Positions 19,433 to 29,926 of a stretch of 44,639 bases of DNA are shown in pieces; within the stretch, counting starts at the first letter, position 1, and each line of letters starts with the position of its first letter. The stretch lies in sequence record SRR31156797_1045. One strand, given 5' to 3'. A program made the position numbers and the translations under genes. The notes beneath the pieces were generated by a model that worked only from the letters and a program-made list of their open reading frames with translations, had not been told where the DNA came from and ran no database searches.

Positions 19433-19458
19433 AAGGCAGCCTATTTTGGCTGCCTTTT
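19433..19458 (+). terminator. Terminator after valS
   Basis: AAGGCAGCC-tatttt-GGCTGCCTTTT. Confidence 0.8.
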
Positions 19459-19501
19459 GTTTTATCTAATCATCGAAGACGCAGAGAATAAAACGACTTT
19501 G

Positions 19502-20464
19502 TTAAACCACTCTGTTTTGCACTGTACCCGCGACAAATGCTTCAATATTCGTCATCAAGATTTTAGCTAATTGTCTGATTGCAGAATCACTGCCCCATGC
19601 AACATGCGGCGTCAGAAGTAAGTTGGGTAAATCCATATTCGCCAGCAGTGGATTATCAATATCCGCAGGCTCTTGAGTAAACACATCGACACCAGCCCCG
19701 GCTATTTGACGTTGTTTCAGAGCATCCACTAAAGCCAGCTCATCAACGAGGCCACCTCGCCCGGCATTTATCAGCAAAGCATTCGGCTTCATCATCTCTA
19801 ACTCATCTTTTGAGATTAGATTCTGAGTTTGCTCGGTTAATGGGCAGTGCAAAGAGAGCACATCGGCTTGCTGAAGAACCGATTCAAACGGCAGATAACC
19901 TTCTCTAGGTTCTTCTTCACCCTTACGTTCAGCAAATATAACGTCCATACCTAAAGCTTTAGCAAGTTGAGATGTCGCCTGCCCCAACGCTCCGCTACCA
20001 ATAATACCCATTGTCGAGCCTGCAATATCACCAATAGGATGAGTGAAAAAACAGAACTGCTTATTGCGTTGCCATTCTCCGGCGGCAATATCGTGGTGAT
20101 ACCCCATCAAGTTACGACGAAGAGAGAACATCATCCCTACCACATGTTCCGGCACTGAACGAGTCGCGTAGCCTTGTACATTACACACGGCGATATTGTT
20201 GGCTTTGCAGTAATCCAGGTCGACATTGTTCACACCGGTAGCCGAAACCGCAATCAGCTTAATTTGCGGAAGCTGAGATAAAACGTCAGCGGTTAAAACA
20301 ACCTTGTTGGTAATAACAATATCTGCGTTATACAAACGCTCAAACACCTGCTCAGGCTCGGTGAAATCATACTCGTACCATTCGTGACTCATCGTAAGAG
20401 GCGGTAGCGTGATATGTTTCGGGATCGTTGCGCGATCAAGAAACACTATCTTCGGAACTGACAT
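19502..20464 (-). CDS. D-2-hydroxyacid dehydrogenase (glycerate dehydrogenase/hydroxypyruvate reductase-like)
   Basis: Motifs GIIGSGALG, LHCPL, INAGRGGLVDE and TPHVAW. Confidence 0.9.
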   Translation of the reverse strand: MSVPKIVFLDRATIPKHITLPPLTMSHEWYEYDFTEPEQVFERLYNADIVITNKVVLTADVLSQLPQIKLIAVSATGVNNVDLDYCKANNIAVCNVQGYATRSVPEHVVGMMFSLRRNLMGYHHDIAAGEWQRNKQFCFFTHPIGDIAGSTMGIIGSGALGQATSQLAKALGMDVIFAERKGEEEPREGYLPFESVLQQADVLSLHCPLTEQTQNLISKDELEMMKPNALLINAGRGGLVDELALVDALKQRQIAGAGVDVFTQEPADIDNPLLANMDLPNLLLTPHVAWGSDSAIRQLAKILMTNIEAFVAGTVQNRVV

Positions 20465-20497
20465 ATTTTCTCCTTTTTATAGCTACCGAATAGACCT

Positions 20498-21235
20498 CTA
20501 TGGCCTAGGTAGCGTTTTATAATCTGGTAATTTTCTCTCAGGATCGAAGTGCTGCAGAATTTCTTCTTGAGCTTCAGGATAGAAGTCACAAGGAACAAAA
20601 ATACTTCGAAGCCAATGACTACGAGGATGATAAAAGCTGAGCTCAGAAGCATGCAGCTCTAGTCGATCGGTAAAATCTATCGCCTCTTGGGGCGCATAGA
20701 ACTCATCCCCAACGATGGGATGGCCGATTGCCATCATGTGCACACGCAACTGGTGAGAGCGGCCAGTCACTGGAAGTAAACGCACAACGGTTGTTTTTTC
20801 TTCACGTTTTACCACGTGGAAAAGGGTTTTTGACGGCTTACCATTTTCAAAACAGACCATTTGCCTTGGGCGGTTTGGCCAGTCACAAATTAAAGGCAAG
20901 TCTATTTCACCTTCATCTTGCTCAACCGTTCCCCACACACGGGCATAATAAATTTTGTGTGTTAAACGATACTGAAACTGTTTCTTTAAGGCTGATTCCA
21001 TATGGGTGTTTTTACCAAACACCATCAAACCCGATGTCGACATATCTAGACGATGAACCACTTTTACATCGGGATACTGTTCAACCAAACGACTCCACAT
21101 GCTGTCATAGTGTTCTTCTTGTCGACCAGGTACCGACAGCAATCCAGACGGTTTGTTTACCGCAATAATGTAGTCATCCTCATAAACCACATCAATCCAC
21201 GGATCCGTTGGTGGGTGGTATTCAGTCATCGCCAT
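20498..21235 (-). CDS. rluA: RluA-family pseudouridine synthase
   Basis: Motifs NKPSGLLSVPG, HRLDMSTSG and TGRSHQLRVH, near rapA. Confidence 0.88.
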   Translation of the reverse strand: MAMTEYHPPTDPWIDVVYEDDYIIAVNKPSGLLSVPGRQEEHYDSMWSRLVEQYPDVKVVHRLDMSTSGLMVFGKNTHMESALKKQFQYRLTHKIYYARVWGTVEQDEGEIDLPLICDWPNRPRQMVCFENGKPSKTLFHVVKREEKTTVVRLLPVTGRSHQLRVHMMAIGHPIVGDEFYAPQEAIDFTDRLELHASELSFYHPRSHWLRSIFVPCDFYPEAQEEILQHFDPERKLPDYKTLPRP

Positions 21236-21424
21236 CAAAAATATCTCAAATAAAAAATTCGCCGCATTATATACCCAAATACTTGGCAGGTGCAGATAAG
21301 GTAACGCTACTGAATAAACACCACCTATAAAGTTAACAAATATAGATCGAATGTAAATTCAACTGACAAGATTAAGGAAAAATGTCTCAACAATATTGAT
21401 TACAGAAAAAAGTTTCTCACAAGT

Positions 21425-21442
21425 TGTAAATTCAAATTGACA
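21425..21442. promoter_or_regulatory. TyrR-box-like site upstream of the transporter
   Basis: TGTAAA-TTCAAA-TTGACA against the consensus TGTAAA-N6-TTTACA. A near copy with a 5-nt spacer lies at 21352-21368. Confidence 0.55.
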
Positions 21443-21567
21443 GCAACTATGGATATGATATTCATGTACTGTATTGACAAAAAAGTCATCCTGACCATGC
21501 AAAATGGCTGGAAATAATAAATAAGATATAAACAAACACAACAATATAATTCTAAGGAATAACAAGA

Positions 21568-22842
21568 ATGGAAAATGCCGTATCATATCCATCGGAATCA
21601 CGGCTATCTCTGTCTCAGTTGGTGCGCTCTCTAGGCCCTGGGATAATGATGGCAGCAGCGGCCGTAGGTGGCTCACATCTCGTCGCTTCCACCAAAGCTG
21701 GTGCCATTTATGGCTGGCAACTTGCTGTATTGATTCTGCTGGTAAACCTATTCAAATACCCATTTTTTAGAGCAGGCGTACAATACACCATGGGCACAGG
21801 CGAAAGCTTGGTCGAAGGTTATGCAAAACTCGGTAAACCTTACCTTTGGGTGTTCGCTGTATTGGCGGTATTCTCGGGTATCGTAAACACAGCTGCCCTA
21901 GTTATGTTCAGTGCTAGTCTGCTGGGTTACTTTGTCCCATTTGACCTATCACTACCAGTACTAAGTGGTATTGTGCTCGCGACTTGTTTAGTGATCCTAT
22001 TCGCTGGTCACTATAAGGCGCTGGATACTTTATCTAAAGCAATCATGGCTGTACTGACGATAGCAACTTTATTAGCAGTGGTTATTGCAGCAGCAAACCC
22101 AGCACCAACGGTTGTTTCAGCGGCAGATATTCCGTCGCCATGGACACTCGCTGCGATTGGTTTCATTGTTGTAACTATGGGTTGGATGCCAGCGCCAATT
22201 GAAATTTCTAGCCTGACTTCAGTATGGCTGAAATCTCAGTGTCGTCACCAAAAAGTAACGGCGCAATCCGCATTGTTCGATTTCAATGTCGGCTATATCG
22301 GTACCGCTATTCTAGCGATCGTGTTCCTATCTTTAGGTGCTCTAGTCCTTAATGGTACTGGTGTCGAACTATCAAAATCAGGTGTAGGTTTCTCGCATCA
22401 GCTAGTAGGCCTCTATGCGTCAACGATTGGTGAATGGTCGCGTTACCTCATCGCAGTCATCGCTTTCTTCTGTATCTTTGGCAGTACCATTACCGTTATC
22501 GATGGCTACTCTCGTGTGATTGCTGAATCGCAGCGTCTGATCAAAGAAGATAAAGAACAGAGCCCTAAAGTCCTTCAATCTTGGATGATTGTTGTATCTG
22601 TAGCAGCACTGGCTATCATTGCGTTCTTCGCTTCAGCACTCATGCCAATGTTGAATTTCGCAATGATCATGGCGTTCATGACAACACCTATCTTTGCACT
22701 GCTGAACTACATCCTAGTAACGAAAACACCACTACCGAAAGAGCTTGCTGTCGGTCCAAAACTGAAAGCTTTATCAATTATTGGTTTGGTCTATCTGTTT
22801 GGCTTCTTGGCGCTGTTCATCTGGTGGAAATGGTTAATGTAA
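21568..22842 (+). CDS. NRAMP-like (APC/LeuT fold) permease, substrate uncertain
   Basis: 424 aa with about 11 hydrophobic segments. Motifs LGPGIMMAAAAVGGSHL, AGAIYGWQL, RYT-like QYT..TGESL and GWMP. Strong RBS (AAGGA). Confidence 0.85.
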   Translation: MENAVSYPSESRLSLSQLVRSLGPGIMMAAAAVGGSHLVASTKAGAIYGWQLAVLILLVNLFKYPFFRAGVQYTMGTGESLVEGYAKLGKPYLWVFAVLAVFSGIVNTAALVMFSASLLGYFVPFDLSLPVLSGIVLATCLVILFAGHYKALDTLSKAIMAVLTIATLLAVVIAAANPAPTVVSAADIPSPWTLAAIGFIVVTMGWMPAPIEISSLTSVWLKSQCRHQKVTAQSALFDFNVGYIGTAILAIVFLSLGALVLNGTGVELSKSGVGFSHQLVGLYASTIGEWSRYLIAVIAFFCIFGSTITVIDGYSRVIAESQRLIKEDKEQSPKVLQSWMIVVSVAALAIIAFFASALMPMLNFAMIMAFMTTPIFALLNYILVTKTPLPKELAVGPKLKALSIIGLVYLFGFLALFIWWKWLM

Positions 22843-22867
22843 TTCATCCATAGCCCCTGAATAAAAT

Positions 22868-22893
22868 AAAGGCCTTCGAATGAAGGCCTTTTT
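22868..22893. terminator. Terminator between the convergent permease and rapA genes
   Basis: AAAGGCCTTC-gaat-GAAGGCCTTTTT. Confidence 0.85.
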
Positions 22894-22912
22894 AATGTTT
22901 TTTACGTCAATT

Positions 22913-25822
22913 TTAGTTGTGTGCTACAACAATCAGACGCAGAGAATCTAGCTGATATTGCGCTTTACTAATGTAGCCACTCAGTTCAGTGATTTGCTGC
23001 TCTATGACTTCCAGCTCATCATCACGAATATTCGGGTTTACCGCTTTGAGTGCCTGCAGACGCTCTAGCTCAGAGTTTAAGCTGTGCTCCATCTCTTTCT
23101 GAGCCTGCTCGCGAATCTTACTGACCTGTTCAACCGCAAACTCTTCGCTCTTGGCAATCAAGTTGTGTACATCATTTTGTACACTGTTAACTAACTTACT
23201 TGCTAAGTGACGGTTCACCGGGCTCAATTGGCGGTTAAAACCTTCGAACTCAACCTGGTTCGACAGATCGTTGCCACGCGCATCTAGCATGATTCGAATT
23301 GGCGTTTTTGGCAAAAAGCGAGAGATGCCGCTACGTTTTGGAGCCTGAGCGTCTACCACATAGACCAGTTCCAGCAACGTAGTACCAACTGGCAAAGACT
23401 TGTTCTTCAACAATGAAACAGCTGAGGTACCCACGCCTTCACTCATCAGAAGATCAATACCACCTTGAATCATTGGATGTTCCCAACTGATAAAGTGCAT
23501 ATCTTCACGTGACAACGCGGTATCACGATCAAAGGTAATAGTCGCACCTTCGTAAGGAAGTCCTGGGTAACTTGGTACCATCATATGTTCCGAAGGAGTC
23601 ACAACCAGAGCATTTTCACCGTGATCATCCTGATTCAGGCCAATGGTATCAAACAGGCTTAGTGCAAAAGTGACCAGATTAGTGTCACCGTCGGTTGCTG
23701 CGATATCTTCAGCAATCTTAAGCGCCTTTTCACCACCATTAGAGTGCATCTCTAATAAACGATCGCGGCCACTTTCCAACTTAGACTTCAGCGCCTTATT
23801 TAACTTCGCTGATTCTTCGATGATCTCTTCCAGCTCATCGCCACTGCCAGCAGCAAGAATCGGGATCAAACGTTCAACAAACTGATCGTAAACCGCTCGG
23901 CCAGTAGGACATGTTTCAGCAAAAGCATTCAAACCTTCGTTGTACCAACGCGCTAGAATACCTTGTGAAGTCCCCTCTAGGTACGGCACAAAAATATCAA
24001 TGTCACGCTGCTGACCAATACGATCCAAACGCCCAATACGCTGCTCTAACAGGTCTGGATTGAATGGTAGGTCAAACATCACCAATTGGTTAGCAAACTG
24101 GAAGTTACGACCTTCAGAACCGATCTCACTACAGATCAGCACCTGAGCACCGCCCTCTTCCTGAGCAAAGTAAGCCGCTGCTTTATCACGCTCGATGATC
24201 GACATACCTTCGTGGAACACGGTTGCTCTAATACCTTCACGCTCACGCAGAGCTTGCTCAAGTTGCAGAGCCGTACTTGAACGAGAGGCGATCACCAGGA
24301 TCTTCTCACTGCGCTTGATCTTCACTTTCTCAATTAGCCAGTTCACACGTGAATCAAACTGCCACCAGCTTGAATCTTCGCCTTCAAACTCCTGGAAGAT
24401 CTCTTCAGGGTAAAGCATCTTCATAGCGCGAGCTTCAGGACTGATCTTACCGCCAATCAATCCCGAAACGCGCATTGATGTTGCGTATTGCGATGGAATT
24501 TCCATCGGCATTAAATGCACGTTACGAGCAGGGAAACCTTTAATAGCAGCACGCGTATTTCTGAACAGCACTCGACCAGTACCATGGCGGTCCATCAGGT
24601 TATCCACTAACTCTTGGCTTGCTGTCGCTTTCTCTTCGTCACTGGCCTGACTTTCAAGTACGCGGAAAATCGGCTCAACATCTTGCTCTGAAAGCAGTTC
24701 TGTTATCTGATTTTTCGCTTCATCATTGAGTTTCTCGCCAGACAACAAGGTCGTCACAGCATCAGCTACCGGTGCATATTGCGCTTCTTCCTGAACAAAC
24801 GTTTCGTAGTCGTAAAAACGGTCTGAGTCCAACAGACGTAAACGAGCAAAGTGCCCCTCTCGTCCTAACTGCTCTGGCGTTGCCGTTAACAGAAGAACAC
24901 CCGGCGTACGTTCCGCTAAACCTTCAATCACCTGATACTCACGGCTCGGGTTATCTTGAGTCCACTCTAAGTGGTGAGCTTCATCGACAACCAAGAGATC
25001 CCACTCAGCTTCAACAACTTGCTCAAAGCGTTTACGGCTCTTACGTAAGAAATCTAAAGAGCACAGCACGTACTGCTGAGTATCAAACGGGTTATCAGCT
25101 TCAGCAAAAGCTTCAATACAGCGTTCTTCATCAAAAATAGAGAAGTGCAGGTTAAAGCGGCGCATCATTTCGACTAACCACTGATGCTGAAGTGTTTCAG
25201 GAACCACAATCAAAATACGTTCAGCGCGGCCAGATAGCACTTGCTGATGGATAATCATACCCGCTTCAATGGTTTTACCCAGACCAACTTCGTCAGCCAA
25301 CAGAACACGAGGTGCGTAACGGCGACCCACTTCATGAGCAATATACAACTGATGAGGAATTAAACCTGCGCGCATACCACATAAGCCGCGCATTGGACTC
25401 TTATGCTGCTCAAACTGGTTAACAAGAGAGCGGTAACGCAACACAAAGTTATCCATGCGATCGATTTGACCAGCGAATAATTTATCTTGAGGCTTATTAA
25501 AACGAATCTGATTACTTAAGAAGATTTCACGCAGTGAGATGCCCGTTTCTTCTGTATCCTGACGAGTACCGACATAGGTCATTACCCCTTGGTCTTCAAC
25601 AACGTCTGCAACTTCGAGTGACCAACCCTCTTGGCTGTCGATAATGTCACCCACGTTAAATGTCACACGAGTCACGGGTGCGTCATTACGTGCATAAACT
25701 CGGTTTTCTTCCGACGCTGCGAACATCAAAGTCACAGTCCTAGCATCCATTGCTACTACGGTTCCTAAACCTAAATCGCTTTCCGTATCGCTAATCCAGC
25801 GTTGCCCCAAAGCAAAAGTCAT
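22913..25822 (-). CDS. rapA: RNA polymerase-associated SWI2/SNF2 ATPase RapA (HepA)
   Basis: Motifs [30 protein letters not shown] and [12 protein letters not shown]. 969 aa. Confidence 0.97.
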   Translation of the reverse strand: MTFALGQRWISDTESDLGLGTVVAMDARTVTLMFAASEENRVYARNDAPVTRVTFNVGDIIDSQEGWSLEVADVVEDQGVMTYVGTRQDTEETGISLREIFLSNQIRFNKPQDKLFAGQIDRMDNFVLRYRSLVNQFEQHKSPMRGLCGMRAGLIPHQLYIAHEVGRRYAPRVLLADEVGLGKTIEAGMIIHQQVLSGRAERILIVVPETLQHQWLVEMMRRFNLHFSIFDEERCIEAFAEADNPFDTQQYVLCSLDFLRKSRKRFEQVVEAEWDLLVVDEAHHLEWTQDNPSREYQVIEGLAERTPGVLLLTATPEQLGREGHFARLRLLDSDRFYDYETFVQEEAQYAPVADAVTTLLSGEKLNDEAKNQITELLSEQDVEPIFRVLESQASDEEKATASQELVDNLMDRHGTGRVLFRNTRAAIKGFPARNVHLMPMEIPSQYATSMRVSGLIGGKISPEARAMKMLYPEEIFQEFEGEDSSWWQFDSRVNWLIEKVKIKRSEKILVIASRSSTALQLEQALREREGIRATVFHEGMSIIERDKAAAYFAQEEGGAQVLICSEIGSEGRNFQFANQLVMFDLPFNPDLLEQRIGRLDRIGQQRDIDIFVPYLEGTSQGILARWYNEGLNAFAETCPTGRAVYDQFVERLIPILAAGSGDELEEIIEESAKLNKALKSKLESGRDRLLEMHSNGGEKALKIAEDIAATDGDTNLVTFALSLFDTIGLNQDDHGENALVVTPSEHMMVPSYPGLPYEGATITFDRDTALSREDMHFISWEHPMIQGGIDLLMSEGVGTSAVSLLKNKSLPVGTTLLELVYVVDAQAPKRSGISRFLPKTPIRIMLDARGNDLSNQVEFEGFNRQLSPVNRHLASKLVNSVQNDVHNLIAKSEEFAVEQVSKIREQAQKEMEHSLNSELERLQALKAVNPNIRDDELEVIEQQITELSGYISKAQYQLDSLRLIVVAHN

Positions 25823-26109
25823 TAATCGACTACCTCATCAATTTGGATTGGATAATTTGTTGGTCTATCGACCTACTTTCTTATTGAAATCTGCTGCTCG
25901 AGAATTCGAACTTTAATTATGATCGCTTTATGAGAGTGCAGCAGAAAAAGGTCGCTAATCTTACTTGATGGCGTGATATAGGTCACGTTGATTCCCTGCA
26001 TTTTTTACTCAAATTTTCGGTGACATCAAACTGTAAGAAACTAGTGGCATTTCTAATAAGCGAGATTGCTATAATCAGTATTAATAAGCAGTCATACCAA
26101 TTGAAACTT

Positions 26110-26125
26110 TGGCACGAAGCCTGCT
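26110..26125 (+). promoter_or_regulatory. sigma54 -24/-12 promoter upstream of the PIN-PhoH gene
   Basis: TGGCACGAAGCCTGCT against TGGCACGNNNNTTGCW, one mismatch. Confidence 0.7.
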
Positions 26126-26264
26126 TATTATTACAGAGAGTATCAACTCGGGTTTGCAGTAAGTCACAATCGATCGAAAGCCTGCCCACAGTGTACGATC
26201 GATCCATTGCGACCTCTGGCAAACCTCCTTACCAAGCAAGCTATGCGATAGCAAGGAGACGCTT

Positions 26265-27641
26265 ATGGGCGATACCGATCGGAAACTGTTTGTACTGGAT
26301 ACCAATATCCTACTTCATGAACCTCTAGCCATTTACTCCTTCCAAGAACATGATGTGGTCATCCCAATGACCGTCCTCGAAGAACTCGACCGAATCAAAG
26401 ACAGTAAACGCGATGTGGCGCGAGATGCACGTGTTGCGATCCGGGCTTTGGAAAACCTATTTCGTGATGCCACGCCTGATGAAATTTCAGAAGGAATCCC
26501 TTTTACTAAGCAAACCAGTGCGACCGGAAATATCTCTATACTCGCCGACTACGATGTCCATGAAAGCGTCAAAGCTTTCACCGACAAAGAAGGCGACAAC
26601 CGTATACTCAATGCTGTTCTCCACCTCCAGAACAAGCGTTCACCGCGTGAAGTGGTATTAATAACCAAAGACATCAATATGCGCTTGCGCGCCAAAGGCG
26701 CAGGCGTACGCTATGTGGAAGATTATCGAACTGACCAGTTAATTGATGATGTTCAATACTTAACCAAAGGCTTCCAGACTCGTCCTGGCAACTTCTGGGA
26801 TCAGGTCGAAAATGTCGATAGCTATGCACTTGAAGGTAAAACCTACCACAAACTCGACCGCGAACCTTTTGAACCCACTTACATCAATCAATATGTCCTT
26901 GATGAAGAGAGTGACTTCGCTGCTCGTGTTGAGACGTTAAGCGAAGATAAACTCACCCTACGTGACCTCAGTCGCGAACGAATGATGCACCGCAAAGCCT
27001 GGGACATCATGCCTAAAAATATCTATCAAGCGATGGCAATGGATGCCCTGCTCGACCGAGATATTGACTTAGTTATCCTTACTGGTGCCGCTGGTAGCGG
27101 TAAAACGCTACTCGCGATGGCCGCGGCTCTCGAACAAACCGTTGAGAAGAAGATGTTCGATAAAATCATCGTTACCCGCAACACCCCAGATATTGGTGAA
27201 TCCATCGGTTTCCTTCCGGGCACAGAGGAAGAGAAAATGATGCCTTGGCTGGCCGCCGTGACCGATACGCTGGAAGCGCTGCATAAAAACGACCACTGTA
27301 CCGAAGGCTCACTGAAATACATCGTGGACAAGGCTAATATTCAATTTAAATCGATTAACTTTATGCGTGGCCGTTCCATTCAGGACGCGTTTGTACTACT
27401 CGACGAGTGCCAAAACTTAACCGCTTCACAAATCAAAACCATCATCACACGCTGTGGTGAAGGAACCAAAATCGTCTGCTCTGGTAACTTAGCGCAGATC
27501 GACTCCCCTTATTTAACCCCGGTGACTTCCGGTTTAACTTACATGGTTGAACGCTTCAAAAACTTTGAAGGCAGTGCGAATATCCATCTTAATGGTGTGG
27601 TTAGAAGCCGTCTCGCTGAGTTTGCTGAAGAGAATTTATAG
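26265..27641 (+). CDS. PIN-domain + PhoH ATPase protein (PhoH2-type)
   Basis: N-terminal PIN (VLDTNILL, ELD, DNRIL, TKDINMR), P-loop GAAGSGKT, RGRS and DECQN. Confidence 0.92.
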   Translation: MGDTDRKLFVLDTNILLHEPLAIYSFQEHDVVIPMTVLEELDRIKDSKRDVARDARVAIRALENLFRDATPDEISEGIPFTKQTSATGNISILADYDVHESVKAFTDKEGDNRILNAVLHLQNKRSPREVVLITKDINMRLRAKGAGVRYVEDYRTDQLIDDVQYLTKGFQTRPGNFWDQVENVDSYALEGKTYHKLDREPFEPTYINQYVLDEESDFAARVETLSEDKLTLRDLSRERMMHRKAWDIMPKNIYQAMAMDALLDRDIDLVILTGAAGSGKTLLAMAAALEQTVEKKMFDKIIVTRNTPDIGESIGFLPGTEEEKMMPWLAAVTDTLEALHKNDHCTEGSLKYIVDKANIQFKSINFMRGRSIQDAFVLLDECQNLTASQIKTIITRCGEGTKIVCSGNLAQIDSPYLTPVTSGLTYMVERFKNFEGSANIHLNGVVRSRLAEFAEENL

Positions 27642-27646
27642 TCACT

Positions 27647-27677
27647 ATTGGCGAGATATTACGGCTATCTCGCCAAT
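27647..27677 (+). terminator. Hairpin after the PIN-PhoH gene
   Basis: 12-bp stem ATTGGCGAGATA / TATCTCGCCAAT followed by TTATT. Confidence 0.7.
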
Positions 27678-27680
27678 TTA

Positions 27681-27719
27681 TTAAAATAATTATTCACTTT
27701 AACAGCATTTCTATGTTTA
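27681..27719 (+). promoter_or_regulatory. Tandem ARG boxes (ArgR operator)
   Basis: TTAAAATAATTATTCACT, a 3-bp gap, then ACAGCATTTCTATGTTTA. This is the 18+3+18 layout, upstream of the OTCase gene. Confidence 0.65.
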
Positions 27720-27757
27720 ACTAGTCCTACTCAATATTTGTATGTAAGGACTGAGTT

Positions 27758-28762
27758 ATGGCTTTCAATTTACGTAACCGCAATTATCTGAAGTTGCTTG
27801 ATTTCACCCAGAAAGAAATCCAATTTTTATTGGAGCTTTCTGCTGATTTGAAACGAGCAAAAAGAGCGGGAACGGAGCAAAAAAAACTAGTAGGTAAAAA
27901 CATCGCTCTCATTTTTGAAAAGTCTTCAACTCGTACTCGATGTGCCTTCGAAGTCGCAGCATTCGACCAAGGTGCACAAGTGAGTTACCTCGGTCCATCG
28001 GGCTCTCAAATTGGTGATAAAGAGTCAATGAAAGACACCGCTCGCGTGCTTGGCCGTATGTACGATGGGATTCAATATCGTGGTTTTGGTCAGGAAATTG
28101 TAGAAGAGCTGGGGCAGTATGCAGGTGTCCCCGTGTGGAATGGTCTGACCGATGAATTTCATCCAACACAGATTCTGGCAGACTTCTTAACCATGCAAGA
28201 ATACTCAAATGGAAAAGCGTTAAACGAAATCAAGTTCGCTTATCTTGGTGATGCTCGCAACAACATGGGTAACTCACTGATGGTTGGCGCAGCAAAAATG
28301 GGGATGGATATCCGTTTAGTTGCACCAAAAGCGTACTGGCCGGATGCTGAATTGGTGCAAACCTGCCAACAACTCGCTAAAGAAACCGGCGCTAAAATCA
28401 CCCTGACTGAAGAGGTTGTGGAAGGCGTCACAGATTGTGATTTTCTTTATACCGACGTTTGGGTATCGATGGGTGAAGCTCCGGAAGCGTGGGATGAGCG
28501 TGTCACTCTAATGAAACCATACCAAGTAAACATGGATGTGATTAAAGCAACCGGTAACCCAGATGTGAAGTTTATGCACTGCTTACCTGCTTTCCATAAC
28601 GATGAGACCACCATTGGTAAAAAAGTCGCTGAAAAATTTGGCATGAAAGGGTTAGAAGTGACTGAAGATGTGTTCGAATCTGACTACTCTATCGTTTTTG
28701 ATGAAGCAGAAAACCGTATGCACACAATTAAAGCGGTTATGGTTGCAACCTTAGGCAACTAA
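27758..28762 (+). CDS. argF: Ornithine carbamoyltransferase
   Basis: Motifs STRTR, HPTQ, WVSMG and HCLP. The upstream ARG boxes suggest the anabolic enzyme. Confidence 0.93.
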   Translation: MAFNLRNRNYLKLLDFTQKEIQFLLELSADLKRAKRAGTEQKKLVGKNIALIFEKSSTRTRCAFEVAAFDQGAQVSYLGPSGSQIGDKESMKDTARVLGRMYDGIQYRGFGQEIVEELGQYAGVPVWNGLTDEFHPTQILADFLTMQEYSNGKALNEIKFAYLGDARNNMGNSLMVGAAKMGMDIRLVAPKAYWPDAELVQTCQQLAKETGAKITLTEEVVEGVTDCDFLYTDVWVSMGEAPEAWDERVTLMKPYQVNMDVIKATGNPDVKFMHCLPAFHNDETTIGKKVAEKFGMKGLEVTEDVFESDYSIVFDEAENRMHTIKAVMVATLGN

Positions 28763-28775
28763 GTGACGTAATCGC

Positions 28776-28816
28776 TTGCGCAAATAAAACGAAGGCGTAT
28801 AATTCCCTGCAATTTG
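28776..28816 (+). promoter_or_regulatory. pyrBI promoter with an AATTTG initially transcribed region
   Basis: TTGCGC-N16-TATAAT, then AATTTG at 28811-28816 as in the UTP-sensing E. coli pyrBI promoter. Confidence 0.8.
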
Positions 28817-28830
28817 TCTCGGGGGCCCCT

Positions 28831-28926
28831 ATGAAATTAGTGCATATTGAACATCGCGCTGCTATTAATTTCGGTAAGCAAGCATGCTTACAGGGCAAAC
28901 TGTTTTCCCCCGTAATTGATTTTTAA
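28831..28926 (+). CDS. pyrL: pyrBI leader peptide, 31 aa ([31 protein letters not shown])
   Basis: Translated by hand because it is below the ORF-track cutoff. It spans a pause hairpin GTAAGCA/TGCTTAC (28874-28891) and stops at the attenuator. Confidence 0.7.
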   Translation: MKLVHIEHRAAINFGKQACLQGKLFSPVIDF

Positions 28927-28952
28927 AGCCTCCCTTATTGGGGGGCTTTTTT
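28925..28952 (+). terminator. pyrBI attenuator
   Basis: AAAGCCTCCC-ttatt-GGGGGGCTTTTTT, just upstream of pyrB. Confidence 0.85.
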
Positions 28953-28984
28953 ATGACTTAAAGAAAATGATAGGGAAGAAGATC

Positions 28985-29914
28985 ATGGCGAACTCGCTTT
29001 TTAAAAAGCACATCATCTCCATTTCTGAGCTTTCACGAGAAGAACTGGAACTGATTGTCAAAACGGCTGGTCAGCTTAAAGCTGAGCAAAAACCTGAACT
29101 GATTAAAAACAAAGTCATTGCGAGCTGTTTTTTTGAGCCGTCGACTCGTACACGTTTGTCATTCGAAACAGCTATCCAACGTATTGGTGGCAGCGTTATT
29201 GGCTTCGATAACGGCGGTAACACTTCTTTAGCGAAGAAAGGGGAAACACTGGCAGACTCGGTTCAGGTTATCTCTTCTTACGTTGACGCCTTCGTGATGC
29301 GCCACCCTCAAGAAGGTGCAGCGCGTTTAGCTTCTGAATTCTCTAACGGCGTGCCCGTGATCAATGCAGGTGATGGCTCTAACCAACACCCGACGCAAAC
29401 TCTATTAGACTTATTCACTCTTTATGAGACTCAAGGGCGCTTAGATAACCTAAACGTGGCTTTCGTTGGCGACCTAAAATACGGTCGTACTGTTCACTCT
29501 CTGACTCAAGCTTTAGCTAAGTTCAACAACAACCGCTTCTTCTTTGTCGCGCCGGAAGCCTTAGCGATGCCTGACTACATTTGTGAAGAGCTGGATGAAG
29601 CGGGTATTGAATACAGCCTACATGTTGATATGGAAAGCGTGATTTCTGAGTTGGATATTTTGTACATGACACGCGTACAAAAAGAGCGTTTCGATGAATC
29701 TGAATATGCACACATCAAGTCAGCGTTTGTACTCACAGCATCCCTGCTGGAAAATGCACGTGAAAACATGAAAGTTCTTCACCCGCTACCTCGTGTTGAC
29801 GAAATCACCACAGACGTTGATAAAACACCGCATGCTTACTTCTTCCAACAGGCAGAAAACGGTGTTTATGCACGTGAAGCTTTACTAGCCCTTGTTCTGA
29901 ACGAATCACTGTAA
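28985..29914 (+). CDS. pyrB: Aspartate carbamoyltransferase catalytic subunit
   Basis: Motifs [20 protein letters not shown] and HPLPR. Start ATG 28985. Confidence 0.97.
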   Translation: MANSLFKKHIISISELSREELELIVKTAGQLKAEQKPELIKNKVIASCFFEPSTRTRLSFETAIQRIGGSVIGFDNGGNTSLAKKGETLADSVQVISSYVDAFVMRHPQEGAARLASEFSNGVPVINAGDGSNQHPTQTLLDLFTLYETQGRLDNLNVAFVGDLKYGRTVHSLTQALAKFNNNRFFFVAPEALAMPDYICEELDEAGIEYSLHVDMESVISELDILYMTRVQKERFDESEYAHIKSAFVLTASLLENARENMKVLHPLPRVDEITTDVDKTPHAYFFQQAENGVYAREALLALVLNESL

Positions 29915-29926
29915 ACGGAGACTGTC

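Noticed and set aside
21270..21284. TATACCCAAAT resembling the right-edge repeat terminus
   Set aside because: The match is short and coincides with the -10 and spacer of the likely rluA promoter (minus strand CTGCCA...TATAAT), with no second end.
21359..21676. 105-aa minus-strand ORF overlapping the permease start
   Set aside because: It is antisense over an AT-rich regulatory region and the permease 5' end, with no recognisable features.
25983..26328. Three overlapping 74-102 aa ORFs between rapA and the PIN-PhoH gene, considered as a possible antitoxin
   Set aside because: They lack a convincing RBS or motif, overlap one another and the sigma54 promoter/leader, and two run into the PhoH start.
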